A stretch of 64,000 nt of DNA from a virus. Its lineage: Duplodnaviria > Caudoviricetes. Positions within the stretch are counted from its first letter, which is position 1. Each line of letters begins with the position of its first letter. A program made the translations under genes and the position numbers. This document shows, piece after piece, positions 16,488 to 26,922 of this stretch. Below the pieces are notes generated by a model that worked only from the letters and a program-made list of their open reading frames with translations, made no database searches and had not been told where the DNA came from. The DNA is taken from the IMG/VR virus record IMGVR_UViG_3300033072_000249, positions 1 to 64,000 of that record. The stretch is one strand, 5' to 3'.

Positions 16488-16810
16488 CGCGCGCATGAAT
16501 GCAGCAGCCAACCAACTGAACGTGATGCCGGGCACAAGCGCCTGGGCAGCGTTGGCTTCTGTTTTCACCCGCTCTGCTAAGGCAGGCCATCTGCCTCACA
16601 GCCGGCGTCGCATGGTGCGCCGGATACCAATCACCAAGCACCTGGAGCACGACGAAGCAGTCGCGCATGACGCGAGTCGAGGACACGGCGCTGCCGCCCT
16701 CACCATGACTCACTTTGTGTCTGCACACGGCAAGGCGAAGTCAGAGGCTCCTTTTGGATGGCTGTCCACACAGCGATTGACAAACCGCCATTACGAAAGG
16801 AAACACTGAA

Positions 16811-17791
16811 ATGGCAACTGTCTACGGCGATATTTCGCCCCGTACCGCCGCCTACGCAGAAAAAGAACTGCTCAAGCGCGGCCTCCCGTTCCTGGTGATC
16901 GAGAAATTTGGTCAGGCCAAGCCCCTGCCCGAGAACTCGACCAAGGTGATGAAGTTCCGCCGCTACAACGCGCTGCCGAACACCCCCCAGGCCCTCACCG
17001 AAGGTGTGACCCCCACTGGCCAGAACCTGACTGTGACCGACGTCACGGCCACCCTGACCCAGTACGGCGACCGCGTGACGATCACCGACGTGATCCTCGA
17101 CACCCACGAAGACCAGACTCTGAACGAGGCTGTGTCCCTGCTGGGCGAACAGGCCGCGCAGATGATCGAGAAGATGCGCTTCGGCGTGCTGAAGGCCGGC
17201 ACCAACGTGCTGTACGCCAACGGCTCCGCCCGCAACGCGGTGAACACCGCCATCTCGATCACGCTGCAGCGTCGTGCTGTGCGCGCCCTGAAGCGTCAGA
17301 ACGCTCGCTTCATCACCTCCATCGTCCGCTCGACGCCCGCATACGGCACCGAGAACGTGGCTCCTGGCTTCGTCGCCCTGATCCACCCCGACCTGGAAGC
17401 TGATGTGCGCGGCCTGACCGGCTTCGTCCCCGCCGAAAAGTACGGCTCGATGACCCCCTGGGAAAACGAGCTGGGCAAGTGCGAGGACGTGCGCTACGTG
17501 TCGTCCACCATCTTCGAGGCCTGGCCTGATGCTGGTGGCGCGAAGGGCACCATGCTGTCCACGACCGGCACCTCCGCCGACGTGTACCCGGTGCTGTTCG
17601 TGGCCCGCGACGCCTACGCCATCATCGCGCTGAAGGGCATGTTCGCCCTGACCCCGATGGTCGTGAACCCGAAGCCCAGCGACAGCGACCCCCTGGCCCA
17701 GCGTGGCCACGTCGGCTGGAAGGCCATGCAGACCTGCGTGATCCTGAACGACGCCTGGATGGTTCGCGCCGAGGTCGCCGCCACCGCCTGA
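16811..17791 (+). CDS. major capsid protein, N4-gp56 family
   Basis: YGDISPRTAAYA..KFGQAKPLPENSTKVMKFRRY; SDPLAQRGHVGWK; strongest codon bias in the window. Confidence 0.95.
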   Translation: MATVYGDISPRTAAYAEKELLKRGLPFLVIEKFGQAKPLPENSTKVMKFRRYNALPNTPQALTEGVTPTGQNLTVTDVTATLTQYGDRVTITDVILDTHEDQTLNEAVSLLGEQAAQMIEKMRFGVLKAGTNVLYANGSARNAVNTAISITLQRRAVRALKRQNARFITSIVRSTPAYGTENVAPGFVALIHPDLEADVRGLTGFVPAEKYGSMTPWENELGKCEDVRYVSSTIFEAWPDAGGAKGTMLSTTGTSADVYPVLFVARDAYAIIALKGMFALTPMVVNPKPSDSDPLAQRGHVGWKAMQTCVILNDAWMVRAEVAATA

Positions 17792-17808
17792 TCTCTGATC
17801 GGGTGATG

Positions 17809-17845
17809 AGGGGTGCTCTGCCTTGTGTAGGGCACCCCTTTTTTT
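17809..17845 (+). terminator. intrinsic terminator after MCP
   Basis: 13-bp stem AGGGGTGCTCTGC/GTAGGGCACCCCT plus T run. Confidence 0.85.
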
Positions 17846-17866
17846 AACCAGCTTCGAGGAATCACC

Positions 17867-18397
17867 ATGAGCGATCTCAACAAACTCAGCGTCCAGGCAT
17901 TGATCAATGCTCTGGCCAACCGCTGCCACACGAAGGCCACCCTGGCCATCAACGCTGGCGGCGCCGCAACCATCAGCACCACGGGCACCACGACCTACAC
18001 CGTGGGCGGTGTGTTCAAGACCAAGGCTGCTCTGTCGGCCCAGTCGTTCGCCGCGACCCACCGCGCCGATGGCAAGCCTGTCACCACGGCCGACCCGCAG
18101 TACGTGCAGCCCATCAGCACCACCGTGATCTACGTGGTGGCCCTGAATGCTGCCGGCACCGTGGCCGTGGTCCAAGGCTCCTACGAAGGCCAGCAGCTGG
18201 TCTATGGCAGCGATCTGTCGAAGATCACGACCATGGGCGGCGGCGTGCCTGAGCTGCCATCCGGCTACGTGCCGATTGGCGCCGTGAAGGTTGTCACCAA
18301 CGACTCGACCACGTTCACGCCCGGCACGACCGCGCTGGATGCGGCTGGCCTGACCGTGACCTTCTTCGATCTGGCAGTTCTGCCGACGACTCTCTGA
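17867..18397 (+). CDS. putative capsid decoration protein
   Basis: Ala/Thr-rich, immediately after MCP. Confidence 0.65.
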   Translation: MSDLNKLSVQALINALANRCHTKATLAINAGGAATISTTGTTTYTVGGVFKTKAALSAQSFAATHRADGKPVTTADPQYVQPISTTVIYVVALNAAGTVAVVQGSYEGQQLVYGSDLSKITTMGGGVPELPSGYVPIGAVKVVTNDSTTFTPGTTALDAAGLTVTFFDLAVLPTTL

Positions 18398-18460
18398 TCC
18401 TCGTGGTCTGAGCGCTTCGCCCGGGTGCGCAATCCCGGGCAACTCCTGTGAGGACTTCCC

Positions 18461-18832
18461 ATGACTGACTCCACCATCACTTCCATCGACGACCCCGCAG
18501 CTGACGCCGCCGCCCAGACTGCCGCCACCGCCACCACCGCCACCAAGGGCGCGAAGGGTGTGAAGGCTGCTGCCACCAAGCAGGCTGCTGGCGCCAACGA
18601 AGCCGGCCTGACTGGTGAGCGCGTGACCATCACCATCCACTCTGGTGAAGGCTCTGCCGGCCGCGAGGACGTGCCCGTGTTCGTGAACGGCTTCGGCTTC
18701 CAGATCAAGCGCGGCAAGCCCGTCGAGGTGCCCGTCGAAGTGGTCGAGGTGCTGAAGAACGCCGTGACCACCCAGTACGAGAACGGCGAAGCCATCGACG
18801 TTCCTCGCTTCGCCTTCAGCGTCCACGGCTGA
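18461..18832 (+). CDS. conserved head-region protein
   Basis: VPVFVNG..IKRGKPVEVP..VVEVLKNA. Confidence 0.75.
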   Translation: MTDSTITSIDDPAADAAAQTAATATTATKGAKGVKAAATKQAAGANEAGLTGERVTITIHSGEGSAGREDVPVFVNGFGFQIKRGKPVEVPVEVVEVLKNAVTTQYENGEAIDVPRFAFSVHG

Positions 18833-18843
18833 TCGGGGGCTGA

Positions 18844-19620
18844 ATGCCGTCGTCCGTCCTCGTCAAAGACTTCCTGGAGCGGGTCTCGTCCCAGCTTCTG
18901 GATCTCGCGCCGCAGTTCGACCGCTGGTCTGAGACAGAGCTTGTCGATGCGACCAATGATGGTCAGCTTGTGCTGGCCAAGTACATGCCGCACACCTGCG
19001 CGAGGGTGGATGCCGTGAAGCTGTCTGCTGGCACGCGCCAGTACATCGGCTACATCCCGGCGGCCATGATCCTGCCAAGCGACGGCTCCAGCCCAACGGA
19101 CACCTACGGCGCAATGCTGCAGGGCGTCCACCGGTACATGGGCGTCAACGGCACGGCCCCTGGCAATGCGATCCGCATCGCCGACAAGGAGACGCTGGAC
19201 GCCGTGTCGCCCGACTGGCACACGAAGACCGGCACACCTCGGCAGTACACCTTCGACCCGCGCAATCCCAAGCACTTCTACGTCTCCCCAGGCGTGAAGC
19301 CTGGCGACAGCGTGTGGGTCGAGGTGTCGATGTTGGCTGACCCGCCCAAGATCCCCAACACGGGCAACCTGTACGGCAGCGCTAGCGCGTCAACCACGAA
19401 GCTGTCGATCGACGACCGCAACGTGGATGACCTGTTCCACTACGTGATGGCGCGGGCCAACCTGAAGGACGCAGAGTACGGCGGCAATGCCGCGCTGGCG
19501 TCGACCTACATCAACCTGTTCGTCGGAAGCGTGAATGCCCAGGTGGCCGCGCTCACTGGCGTGAACCCGAACCTGAAGACGCTGCCGCTCAACCCGGCTG
19601 CGCCTGCATCCGCGAGCTGA
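18844..19620 (+). CDS. head-tail adaptor-like protein (DUF6682-like)
   Basis: L.D....RWSETELVDATNDGQ N-terminal motif. Confidence 0.75.
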   Translation: MPSSVLVKDFLERVSSQLLDLAPQFDRWSETELVDATNDGQLVLAKYMPHTCARVDAVKLSAGTRQYIGYIPAAMILPSDGSSPTDTYGAMLQGVHRYMGVNGTAPGNAIRIADKETLDAVSPDWHTKTGTPRQYTFDPRNPKHFYVSPGVKPGDSVWVEVSMLADPPKIPNTGNLYGSASASTTKLSIDDRNVDDLFHYVMARANLKDAEYGGNAALASTYINLFVGSVNAQVAALTGVNPNLKTLPLNPAAPASAS

Positions 19621-19622
19621 GC

Positions 19623-20264
19623 ATGAAGGTCGATGACTTCCTGAAATTCGTGCTACCCGATGTGCCAGGCTGCCCCGACGACCTGGTGCGCCAGGCGATC
19701 ATGTTCACGGCGAACCGCTTCTGCATCGACACGCAGTGCATCGACGTGATCTCTGATCCGGTTCAGTTGCAGGCTGGCGTGCAGGACTACGACATGGACG
19801 TGCTGCCTGGCATGCAGGCCATTACGATCAAGAGTGTGTGGACACCGACGCGCGAGCTCACGCCGACCACGATGTCGGAGCTCAACCGCATGCTGCCCAA
19901 CTGGCAGACGGCCACGAGCAGCGATCCGTCGTTCTACAACATGGTCAAGGGCTTTGGCACGCTGACGGTGTACCCGATCCCGGCTGCACCCCTGGGTGCG
20001 CCGCTGACCTTCCATGCGGTGTACGCGCCGCTGCAGTTCGGCACGGTGATCCCTGACCTCCTGGTCAACTTCTACCTCGACACAATCGCTGCCGGCGCCA
20101 TTGCCCGGCTGATGATCACGCCAGGCCAGACGTGGAGCAATCCCCAGCTGGCCGTGGCCAACAAGTCCCTGTATGACGCCGGTGTGGTGAGCGCCAAGAT
20201 CGACGTCATGCACAACCGAGTGCCCGGGTCCATCCGTGTGCGTCCGCTCCGCTTTGGCGGGTAA
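19623..20264 (+). CDS. adaptor/tail tubular-like protein
   Basis: FVLPDVPGCPDDLVRQAI..FCIDT; position after the adaptor. Confidence 0.7.
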   Translation: MKVDDFLKFVLPDVPGCPDDLVRQAIMFTANRFCIDTQCIDVISDPVQLQAGVQDYDMDVLPGMQAITIKSVWTPTRELTPTTMSELNRMLPNWQTATSSDPSFYNMVKGFGTLTVYPIPAAPLGAPLTFHAVYAPLQFGTVIPDLLVNFYLDTIAAGAIARLMITPGQTWSNPQLAVANKSLYDAGVVSAKIDVMHNRVPGSIRVRPLRFGG

Positions 20265-20289
20265 TCGTTCTCCCTGAAAGGAAAACTCC

Positions 20290-20721
20290 ATGTCTGCTGC
20301 ATCCAACTACCTCGAGTCCGCACTGCTCGAGCACTTCCGTGGCACTCAGCTGCCGCTGCCTTCCGGCTTCCACATCGCGCTGCACACCGCAGATCCGACC
20401 GATGCCGGCACTGGCGCAACCGAGGTGCAGACCAGCGCCTGGCCCGCCTACGCTCGCCAGACCGTTGGCTCACCGCTGTCGTCCGCCTTCACCGCGTCTG
20501 CTGACGAAGCTGGTGGCGGCAAGCAGATCACCAACGCCAACACCATCAACTTCCCGGCCAACAACGGCGCGGGCGCTGTGGTGGTGACCCACTTCTCCGT
20601 GTGGGATGCATCGACTGGCGGCAACATGTGGTGGCACGCTCCGCTGGCCGCACCGAAGACCATCGACCCGACCGACATCTTCTCCGCGATCCCCGGCGCC
20701 CTGCGTCTGATCGTTCGCTGA
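20290..20721 (+). CDS. tail-associated structural protein
   Basis: MSAASNYLESALL..IALHTADP..YARQ..VTHFSVWDASTGGN. Confidence 0.75.
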   Translation: MSAASNYLESALLEHFRGTQLPLPSGFHIALHTADPTDAGTGATEVQTSAWPAYARQTVGSPLSSAFTASADEAGGGKQITNANTINFPANNGAGAVVVTHFSVWDASTGGNMWWHAPLAAPKTIDPTDIFSAIPGALRLIVR

Positions 20722-20724
20722 TAG

Positions 20725-21873
20725 ATGCTCAACGGCGCGCGCCTGAACACTCGCTCACTGAATGTGGGCGTGCGTCCGATCGCTGTTGCGCTGGCCGGCG
20801 ACACCATCTCCAACATCCTGGCTGATGGCTCGTTCCGGCGCACGCAGCGCGCATCCGGCGAGGCTGTTGCAGTCTGGGATGCCAAGTTCATTGGTGGCAA
20901 CCTGCGCTTCTTCGATGGCGCAGTTCACACAACCCTGATCACGGACTTCAGCTCGTCTGTGCGCCGCATCAGTTGGGGCGAGGGCGTGGTCAATGTTGCC
21001 GCCAGCCTCTACTACACCCGCACCATCAACTGGACCGGCGCAGCTCTCACGAGCATCCTGGCTGTGTCCGATGTGGGTGTGGTCTATGGTGAGGGCTCGT
21101 CCGTCATGCTGCCCTTGGCGGCACTCGACGGTACTCGAGCAAAGGTCGGCTTCAGCGACGCGATTGCGCTCACCCTGGGTGAGTTCCAGGCATCGGCCAT
21201 TCGCCGCCCGCTGACCAGCGACAACGGCGCCATTTCGCAGCTGGCTGCAGCTCTAGACTCTGCGCACATCAGCGGCGGCATCCGCTACGTCGACGGCTTC
21301 GCTGATGCGTATGCCTATCTCGATGTGGTCGACGCCGGCATGAAGCGCCAGGTGATCATCGGCTCGGCCGAGCTGCTGTTTGGCTCGAGCGCCTCTGGCC
21401 GCGCCGTGCGAAATGCAACTGGCGTGGGCACCATGGTCACGCTGACGTCGGGCGACTTCGGTGCAATCAGGCGGGCTGAGGGTTCCGGCGTCATCGCTCT
21501 TGGCGGCGACATGCAGGGCCTTGTGCTTGTGCCGGGCGACATGCCGGCGATCATCCACCTAAATGCCTCGATGACGGGATACGTGTACCGGCGCACCGCG
21601 CTGATGCAGGCAATCACCGAGGCTGCAGTGGATCTAACGCTGGTCCGCACGAAGCTGGGTGCAGGCGATGCGCCGCTGGTTGCCCTCATCTCGCTTGATG
21701 GTCGCCGCACGGCGATGGGTGCCGGTGAAGCGGTGGCAATCCTCAATGCCGAATCGACCGCCACCGACTACAATTTCACAGGCGAAGATGACGAGGCCGA
21801 AGTCTTCTTCCGCCCAGCCTCGACGCGAGAGTTCTCTCGCCCCGCAGCCATTCGAGAATGGAGGCGAGCATGA
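20725..21873 (+). CDS. putative tail/virion structural protein
   Basis: 382 aa Gly/Ala-rich beta-type sequence within the tail module. Confidence 0.65.
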   Translation: MLNGARLNTRSLNVGVRPIAVALAGDTISNILADGSFRRTQRASGEAVAVWDAKFIGGNLRFFDGAVHTTLITDFSSSVRRISWGEGVVNVAASLYYTRTINWTGAALTSILAVSDVGVVYGEGSSVMLPLAALDGTRAKVGFSDAIALTLGEFQASAIRRPLTSDNGAISQLAAALDSAHISGGIRYVDGFADAYAYLDVVDAGMKRQVIIGSAELLFGSSASGRAVRNATGVGTMVTLTSGDFGAIRRAEGSGVIALGGDMQGLVLVPGDMPAIIHLNASMTGYVYRRTALMQAITEAAVDLTLVRTKLGAGDAPLVALISLDGRRTAMGAGEAVAILNAESTATDYNFTGEDDEAEVFFRPASTREFSRPAAIREWRRA

Positions 21874-22151
21874 AGCTCGGCCAGTTCACAAAACAGCCAG
21901 GTGAGCGAATCAGCAACTCGATCACCTACATCGACGCACTCGACGTCGCCGACTACATCGAGACCATCGTCTCCTGCACGTCCACGCCGGCAGGCCTTGC
22001 TGCAACAGCTGGCCTGGCTGACAACGAGCGCGTCCGCATCTGGTACGAGGGTGGCACGTCTGGCGTTGACTACAAGGTCACCGTCGTGGTCACCACTCAC
22101 AATGGTGAGCGCTTCGAGGATGAGATCGTTTGCAAGGTTCGCGAGGTGTAA
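21870..22151 (+). CDS. fibre-tail adaptor-like protein
   Basis: FTKQPGE..VRIWYEGGTSGVDYKVTVVVTT..GERFEDE. Confidence 0.75.
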   Translation: MKLGQFTKQPGERISNSITYIDALDVADYIETIVSCTSTPAGLAATAGLADNERVRIWYEGGTSGVDYKVTVVVTTHNGERFEDEIVCKVREV

Positions 22152-22154
22152 AGC

Positions 22155-23390
22155 ATGAAGTGGAAGAACAACGCCTACTCGGTCCTTGCGAGCGGCATCA
22201 CCAACGTGGCAACGACCATCACGGTCTCGGCTGGCACCGGCTCCCGCTTTCCCTCCGATGACTTCCTGGTCACCCTGATCGGCTACGACGTCAACGGCAA
22301 TGAGAACGCCTGGGAGATCTGCTACTGCTCGAGCCGGTCCAGCGACACGCTGACCGTTGTGCGCGCCCAGGAGGGCACCACTGCTGTGGCATGGGCTGGC
22401 GCCACGCGCATTGAAGGCCGCGTGACTGCCGGCGCCGTGGGTGCGCTGGAGCCTTCGATCGCCGCTGGCACGACATCGCAATACTGGCGCGGTGACAAGA
22501 GCTGGCGCGACTTCTTCACGGACGTCCGGGCTACCGCGCTGACTGGGTTGAGCACAGCAACCAATGCTGTCATAACGGCGGCCGACACGGTCCTTGGCGC
22601 GCTTGGCAAGCTGCAGAAGCAGGTCTCGGACAACCTCAGCACCCTGACATCGCACACCGGGAACACGTCCAATCCACACGGCACAACAGCCGCGCAGGTA
22701 GGCGCCTTTCCTAGCGCTGGCGGGTCTCTGGCTGGAGATGTCACATTCACCGGCAATGGTCGCCGAATCAAGGGCCTCCTCAGTACCGCGACCGCCCTTG
22801 CTGACCGACTCTTCTTCCAGAGCGACACGGCCAACGGTAGTACCGATGTCGCCGCGGTCCCGAATGGGACATCGAACCGAGCTGGCTTTGGGGCACTGAA
22901 CTCCAGCGACACCACCAACCATAGCTTCTTCTCCTTCCTGGCCCTCGTTTCTGACATGCGGCTTTGGTCTGGAAAGGCCGGCACCGGCACGGTGTTGCCG
23001 ATGACCTTCTACACGGACAACTCGGAGCGCATGCGGATTGGTGCCAACGGCCACATCCAGGCGGCGCAGTCCATCGGCTTCACCTCCCAGTTCAACGCCG
23101 GCAACAGCGGCACGTCCATCACGATCGATTTCATCAATGGCCAGAAGCAGCTGTTGACCCTAACGGGCAACGCCACGGTGACGCTCGCATTCCCCGGGGT
23201 CGGCAATTACCAGCTCATCCTGACGCAGGACGCCACCGGCAGCCGAACGGTATCCTGGTCTGGCGTCACGCGCTACGTGGGCAGCGCCACGGCGCCAGCC
23301 ATCAACACGGCAGCAAGCACAAGCACTGTGGTGTCCATCTACTACGACGGCACCAATGTCTGGCTCGGCGCATCGAAGGTGAATGCCTGA
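22155..23390 (+). CDS. tail fibre protein
   Basis: NNAYSVLASGIT N-terminus, SQYWRGDKSW motif, ERMRI repeat, LILTQDATGSRTVSW C-terminal domain. Confidence 0.85.
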   Translation: MKWKNNAYSVLASGITNVATTITVSAGTGSRFPSDDFLVTLIGYDVNGNENAWEICYCSSRSSDTLTVVRAQEGTTAVAWAGATRIEGRVTAGAVGALEPSIAAGTTSQYWRGDKSWRDFFTDVRATALTGLSTATNAVITAADTVLGALGKLQKQVSDNLSTLTSHTGNTSNPHGTTAAQVGAFPSAGGSLAGDVTFTGNGRRIKGLLSTATALADRLFFQSDTANGSTDVAAVPNGTSNRAGFGALNSSDTTNHSFFSFLALVSDMRLWSGKAGTGTVLPMTFYTDNSERMRIGANGHIQAAQSIGFTSQFNAGNSGTSITIDFINGQKQLLTLTGNATVTLAFPGVGNYQLILTQDATGSRTVSWSGVTRYVGSATAPAINTAASTSTVVSIYYDGTNVWLGASKVNA

Positions 23391-23901
23391 TATGCCATCA
23401 GTCGATCTTGTCTGCACCTACGACTCGGCGAACAGCGATGCGTGGACCAGCGGCGCCAGCATCAGCGTAAACGACGGTACTTCCGCGTCCTTTACACAGT
23501 CGTCCGGTGTTTATGCAAAACTTGGTTTCACCACGGATGTTGCAACAGCACTCCCTGCGGGCGCCATTATTACCGCCGCTCAGCTAATAATAAAAATACG
23601 CACAACCGTGGCTGGAGCAGCACTGGTCTATATAAAAGATCCCGGAGGATTTGTTGACGGCGGTGCGTCGGTTGGCACGATTAACTTCAACTCAGCCACC
23701 TTAACCCTTTACACGGGGGCTGATGTTGGCGCAGAGCGTCCGGCAACTCTCGTGGCTGCAAACTGGTCATCGGGTGCATTCGTGCGGATGATTCAAACAT
23801 CCGGTTCTGCGCGCACATTCAACGTCGACTACCTATCCATTCGACTGACATACACGATGCCGGCGGCTGGCAACGCCATGTTTTTTGGGGAGAACTTCTG
23901 A
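23383..23901 (+). CDS. fibre-associated protein, AT-richer codon usage (receptor-binding candidate)
   Basis: Beta-rich 172 aa; visibly AT-shifted. Confidence 0.65.
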   Translation: MPDMPSVDLVCTYDSANSDAWTSGASISVNDGTSASFTQSSGVYAKLGFTTDVATALPAGAIITAAQLIIKIRTTVAGAALVYIKDPGGFVDGGASVGTINFNSATLTLYTGADVGAERPATLVAANWSSGAFVRMIQTSGSARTFNVDYLSIRLTYTMPAAGNAMFFGENF

Positions 23902-24506
23902 TGTTTTACGAACCATCAACGCATACTGAATTTGAATCTATTGATGCGTTCAAGCTCGCCTACAAGGACACATCGTTCGGCGACCTCTACACCGAGGCTG
24001 GACGCAATGAGGCTGGCCTCTTCATGATCATCGACTCGCCACCGGATCACGATCCGCTTGCCAACAGCCTTGTGCGCGGCGGCGTCGAGCTTGTCAATGG
24101 AAGCTACCGCCGACAGTACACGCTTGCCACAAGCGCCATGAGCATTGCCGAGGTGCGCGCAGCCATGGCCGCCAAGATCAAGGCCGTGCGTGATCGCAAG
24201 ACGCAGCTCGGCGGGTATCGGACCATGGGCAAGTGGTTCCACTCCGACACCTTCAGCCGGAGCCAGCAGCTTGGCCTGGTGATGATGGGTGCGAGCATCC
24301 CGGCTGGCCTAATGTGGAAGACGATGGATGGCAGCTACGTCGAAATGACGCAGGCCCTGGCCGCCTCCGTCTTCCAGGCTGCGGTCACGCAGGACGCGGC
24401 GCTGTTTGCGCACGCAGACCAGTTGATCGAGATCGTCAACACATCGCCATCTCCGGCGAGTGTCAACATCGAGGCCGGCTGGGCTGCAACCTACAACAAC
24501 ATCTGA
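23901..24506 (+). CDS. tail fibre assembly/chaperone (DUF4376-like C-terminus)
   Basis: IKAVRDRK..GG..WFHSDTFSRSQQLG..WKTMDGSYVEMT. Confidence 0.8.
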   Translation: MFYEPSTHTEFESIDAFKLAYKDTSFGDLYTEAGRNEAGLFMIIDSPPDHDPLANSLVRGGVELVNGSYRRQYTLATSAMSIAEVRAAMAAKIKAVRDRKTQLGGYRTMGKWFHSDTFSRSQQLGLVMMGASIPAGLMWKTMDGSYVEMTQALAASVFQAAVTQDAALFAHADQLIEIVNTSPSPASVNIEAGWAATYNNI

Positions 24507-24508
24507 CC

Positions 24509-24976
24509 ATGACCATCCAGCTCGCGCTCTACAAAGGCCCGCCGCGCGACGACTGGGCCCACACGCTGAGCCACTACGGCATCCGGGTGTGGACCTGGAG
24601 CAAGTGGTCCCATGCTGAGCTCGTCATCGATGGGGTGTGCTGGTCGTCCTCAGCTCGAGACGGCGGCGTGCGCCACAAGAAGATCGACCTGGCCAGCGGC
24701 CGCTGGGACGTCTTCGAGCTGGATCTTTCTGACGACGAGATCGCTCGAGCTCTGGCCTGGTTCGTAAAGAACAACGGCAAGGGCTACGACTACCTCAACA
24801 TCGGTCGCTTCGTGCTACCGATACTTGGCCAGGACCGCGATCGGTATGTGTGCTTCGAGTCCATCGGAGCGGCACTGTGCTTTGCTGGCGCGCACCGACT
24901 CACGGCCAACGACTTGTATGAGTGGGCCTTGCGGCGGCAGCCTCAAGCAGCACCTGAGGAGCAGCTGTGTCTGTAA
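24509..24976 (+). CDS. permuted papain-like (YaeF/YiiX-type) peptidase/amidase
   Basis: WSHAELVI, GYDYL and RYVCFESI give His-before-Cys order. Confidence 0.7.
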   Translation: MTIQLALYKGPPRDDWAHTLSHYGIRVWTWSKWSHAELVIDGVCWSSSARDGGVRHKKIDLASGRWDVFELDLSDDEIARALAWFVKNNGKGYDYLNIGRFVLPILGQDRDRYVCFESIGAALCFAGAHRLTANDLYEWALRRQPQAAPEEQLCL

Positions 24977-26922
24977 TCGGCAACCGAGTTTTCAGCGGGG
25001 AGATCCCGCGCACCGAGGAGCATCTGCTACCTCAAGGCAATGCCCAGCGCGCAGTTGACTGCGACTTTGCCAATGGCTCCATCAAGCCATTGCGGGGCGG
25101 CTTCCTCCTGCGCTCCATGGCCAACAACCCGGTGCGCGGCATCTTCACCGAGGACGGCATCAGCTTCTACACCTGGAGCTCTGAGGCGCAGGCTTACAGC
25201 AGCCCGGTGATCGATGACACCTTCAACCGCATGTACTTCCTTCTGCCGAGCCAGGGGACGTTCATGGCGGCAACGAAGTTGGGCATGGCCTTCAATGGCC
25301 CATCTCCATCAGCCGGCAACCAGTGGAAGGTTGGCGTGCCGCGCCCCACTGTTGCGCCGGCACTGGCCATTGGAACTCGCACCACAATCCCTGGCTACGA
25401 CGGCTCCACCGGCAAGGCCATCACGATGAAGGCGGACGTCTGGTGGGAAGATGCCACCGGCGTGGAGTTCTCTCGCGTCACGAACGTGCCGCTGGCTGAG
25501 ACGCTGGCGCTGCAGCAGTTCAAGTTCAGCCGTCCTGCCGAGCCCACCGGCGGTGAAGAGGGCGCGACGTACAAGCTGTGCGTGAGGTTTGCGGCAGTCG
25601 AGACAACGTCTGGCACTGAGGTCTTCTCGGTCACCCTCAGGGGCGAGACGTCGACGCGCATCAGCGCATTCCCGGGCGGCATCGAGGTCTACCTGAACCA
25701 GCTCACCGAAACACCCGAGGCGACCGTCACATTGAAGTGGGGTGTCGTCGAGACGCGGGCCTACGTCTACACCTACACCAACACTTGGAAAGAGGAGGGC
25801 GCGCCGTCGCCGGCCGAGACCATCTCGGTTACCTACATCCAGGACGTGATCCTTCAAGCCACACCGCCAGACTTCTCCGGCTACCGGCCAATGGAGGAGA
25901 TGAAGGTCTACCGGACCTTCGGCTCGAACTCGACTTACATCGAGATCGACTACGCGTCCACCGGCGCCAACATGGCCAAGGACTCCTCGTGGACGCCAAA
26001 GACCGGCGGCCAGGCACTGGAGAGCACAAACTGGACGCCGCCGCCTACCGGACTGCAGGGCTCTGAGCTGATGCCCAACGGATGGTTTGCCGCATTCAAA
26101 GGCAACACGCTGTACATGAGCGAGCCGTACCGACCGCACGCCTGGCCGTACAACATGACGTTCGCAAAATCGATCCGCGGCATCCGCGCCGGCCAACAGT
26201 CCTTGGTTGTGATCACGGCCGATGGCGTCTACATCGTTGCCGGCAATCACCCGTCGGCCGCCCAGCAGGTCAAGCTGTCCACGCCGCAACCAGGCATCGT
26301 GCAGCGCGGCATGGCCAATATCGATGGCGCAGTCGCCTACACCTCCAACGACGGCTTCGTCTTGGTGGATGGCACCAGCGCAAGCCCAGAGCTCAGCCAG
26401 GCCTTCTTCGATCGCCAGACCTGGCGTGACCGGTATGGGCAACACCTGTCGTCGATGGCCTTGGCCTACCACGATGGTGCAATGGTTGCAGCCTCGAGCG
26501 TCAATGAGGACAGCTTCATCATCCGGATGGACGACGGCACCAAGTCATTCACACGCATGAGTGAGCGCTTCGATGCGATGTTTCTGTTGCCGGTGAACGA
26601 TGCGCTCTACTACTCCCAGGGCAACGTCGTCTACCAGTTCCAGGGTGGCTCTCGGGGCTCGTTCGAGTGGTGGAGCCCGGACTACATCTTCCCTCGACAC
26701 GATGCCATGGGCGCCGGCTACATCCGCTGCGACGGCACGGTGAACCTCGAGGTGTTTGGTGATGGCCAGCTCCTCGCCACCAAGACCAACCTGACCACTG
26801 GCCACTTCCGGCTGTCAGGCCAGATCCCGCGCTGCCTGCGTTGGTCGTTCAAGCTGTACGGCACCGGCACGGTCTACGAGTGCTTCCTTGGTCGCTCGAT
26901 GATGGAGCTCCAGAATGTCTAA
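24967..26922 (+). CDS. tail protein (nozzle/stabilisation-like)
   Basis: 651 aa; ETRAYVYTY..EEGAPSP, LYMSEPYRPHAWP motifs. Confidence 0.8.
   Translation: MSVIGNRVFSGEIPRTEEHLLPQGNAQRAVDCDFANGSIKPLRGGFLLRSMANNPVRGIFTEDGISFYTWSSEAQAYSSPVIDDTFNRMYFLLPSQGTFMAATKLGMAFNGPSPSAGNQWKVGVPRPTVAPALAIGTRTTIPGYDGSTGKAITMKADVWWEDATGVEFSRVTNVPLAETLALQQFKFSRPAEPTGGEEGATYKLCVRFAAVETTSGTEVFSVTLRGETSTRISAFPGGIEVYLNQLTETPEATVTLKWGVVETRAYVYTYTNTWKEEGAPSPAETISVTYIQDVILQATPPDFSGYRPMEEMKVYRTFGSNSTYIEIDYASTGANMAKDSSWTPKTGGQALESTNWTPPPTGLQGSELMPNGWFAAFKGNTLYMSEPYRPHAWPYNMTFAKSIRGIRAGQQSLVVITADGVYIVAGNHPSAAQQVKLSTPQPGIVQRGMANIDGAVAYTSNDGFVLVDGTSASPELSQAFFDRQTWRDRYGQHLSSMALAYHDGAMVAASSVNEDSFIIRMDDGTKSFTRMSERFDAMFLLPVNDALYYSQGNVVYQFQGGSRGSFEWWSPDYIFPRHDAMGAGYIRCDGTVNLEVFGDGQLLATKTNLTTGHFRLSGQIPRCLRWSFKLYGTGTVYECFLGRSMMELQNV

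Noticed and set aside
16396-16809. 137-aa ORF upstream of MCP as a protein gene
   Set aside because: Atypical codons, spans a promoter-like patch and is hairpin-rich; treated as a probable leader pending Ribo-seq
22155-24506. Diversity-generating retroelement acting on the tail fibre
   Set aside because: No reverse transcriptase and no template/variable repeat pair seen in the window
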